Shown: positions 62,361 through 64,000 of the stretch, piece after piece
Numbering within the stretch: the first letter of the stretch is position 1
How the letters are laid out: each line of letters starts with the position of its first letter
Assembly (NCBI GenBank): GCA_973895155.1
Contig: OZ316895.1
Location: 4,327,659 to 4,391,658 of the forward strand
DNA: 64,000 nucleotides
Direction: 5' to 3'
From: Marsupella aquatica
Lineage: Eukaryota > Plantae > Marchantiophyta
Position numbers and translations under genes: made by a program
Notes under the pieces: generated by a model
What the model saw: only the letters and a program-made list of their open reading frames with translations
Databases searched by the model: none
What the model was told of the DNA's origin: nothing

Positions 62361-64000
62361 CTAGGATATCTCAAATACAATGAATTTTGGTGGGTGACCT
62401 CATCTGGGAGTGATGTGACCGGAGGCAGCAGGAACGACTGGTCGGGCACTGAATGTGAGGCCCGACTAGTCACGCCTGGTAGTCATGACCAAAACTGAGG
62501 GCCGACTAGTACAAGGAGAGGACTTGATTTCAGTGTGTTCATTAACTCACCTTGCGATTTTCACACACTGTCGCAACCCCTCTCAAATCTGAGAGCTCAA
62601 AAATATCACTGTCAATTTCTAATTCACTCGTGTGCATTGCGGGATGCCTCTGCCAGTGAGGTGGGTTTTTTCCAATATTTGAGAAGCCCAACAACTGGAA
62701 ATGAAGCCCAGATAAACCCCTAGGTTTGTCAAAATGCTCCCATGGATTTTTTCAACTCAGATTGACCACATTTTACTCACAATGTCACGGAGAACATTCC
62801 CAATGCGTACATACTAATTTTATGGTTGCTGTCTATGGTCCATGGGAGCTTCATTTTCCAAACAACTGTGAACAACAAAATACTTGATGGGGCCCTTCTA
62901 GAGAAAGATATGCTTGACCAGCCCCTAACTTTTCAAATATACTTAATGGGGCCCCTTGTCCCTGTAACCCTTTCTCAGGACCTGTCATATTACTTTTTCC
63001 ATTTTTTAATTGTAACATGATTGTACAATTATCTAAGTCAGTCCATCAACTGTTTGGAATCAATTTGCAGTGTATAGTTCCCCTGGTTATCTTGGTAAAC
63101 TTCTCACACATATACCAAACTGTGACATTTTTATAAATACACGAAAAATAGTGACAGTATTGTGAATTAGAAAGTCTTTAGTGACAAAGTGATTAAAAGC
63201 TGTTCATTTTAAATTACTCCTACACAAAAAGTACCTGAAAATCCCCAAGGGCAATATCACTGCTGGAAAGGAATTGCCAATGACATTCCAAACCTGGGTG
63301 GAAATCGCAAGATGAAGGCAATTGGATAGTTTCAATTAAATGAATTATTTTCCAACAATAGTACAATAAATTGACTTCTTATACCTAATTGAATGTCTTT
63401 GTTCCCAATTTGCAGTGGAATCATCACGTATTAGACTTGGAGAAATGTTTAACAGTTTTGATGAGTTCAGTCGTTGCCTTCATTCTTGGAATGTCCTGCA
63501 TGGGAGGCTTCTGCCCGGTTGAAAACAAAATACATGTTTCATGTTCATGTTTGTTGTTTTGGAGCCACTGTCCGAAGGTCTTGTAGCAGGGTTAAGGCAG
63601 ACCACCCTGAGGGTTGCGAGGACCAATCAGATTGCAGAAGGGACTGTGGAGATGACAAAGGTGGCTATTGGGACCTAGATGATGATTACATGTACCTGAG
63701 AAATGAGCAGACAGAACCAGAGGAGAGTTGTATGAATAAATATGGCAATTCAGAATCTCACAAGGAAAATGCCCTACAATTCTTTACATTTGTACAGAAT
63801 GTCCATTCCTTGGGAGTCTCAACTCTGTCACAAGGGCATCAAGGAAATATCACAAAAATGACACCAAGTACAGGTAAGACTATGCTTTGGAGAAATACTT
63901 TCACTAATGAGTAATTCCAAAAAATTGAGAGAAAATAACTAAAGAGAGCAAAAATTAAGTACCTTAAATACTACTTCCCTTGTAGAAGTATTTGAAAACA

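Noticed and set aside
63389-63914. ORFs near the window end, and ORFs at 24629-25003 and 26775-27260, as genes
   Set aside because: No recognisable motifs or coherent splice model. Cannot be supported without a homology search.

Overview
Eukaryotic nuclear DNA with GT-AG introns and plant-type genes. The gene set and intron style suggest a non-seed land plant such as a liverwort, but this is inference. Manual splicing supports four multi-exon genes: (1) a 19-exon SF1B (SMUBP-2/IGHMBP2/UPF1-like) helicase with an N-terminal R3H domain, 2325-8993 (+); (2) a 6-exon heme catalase of clade-3 rather than typical plant clade-1 sequence type, with a transit-peptide-like N-terminus, 39583-42474 (-); (3) HHL1, 45742-48444 (-); (4) a nearly intronless LACS8/9-type acyl-CoA synthetase, 54935-57460 (+). 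Two diverged single-exon paralogues of a ~92-aa PP1 inhibitor-3-like (RVxW) protein lie at ~10.5 kb and ~26.5 kb. The 11-38 kb interval is transposon-rich. It holds a full-length, TSD-flanked, single-ORF restriction-like-endonuclease (CRE-like) non-LTR retrotransposon plus truncated and decayed relatives, and several Helitron-like elements. Solo LTRs nested in older LTRs of their own family, SINE-like elements, MITE-like repeats and many local tandem repeats are spread across the window. All family assignments come from motif recognition by eye; no database search was run.
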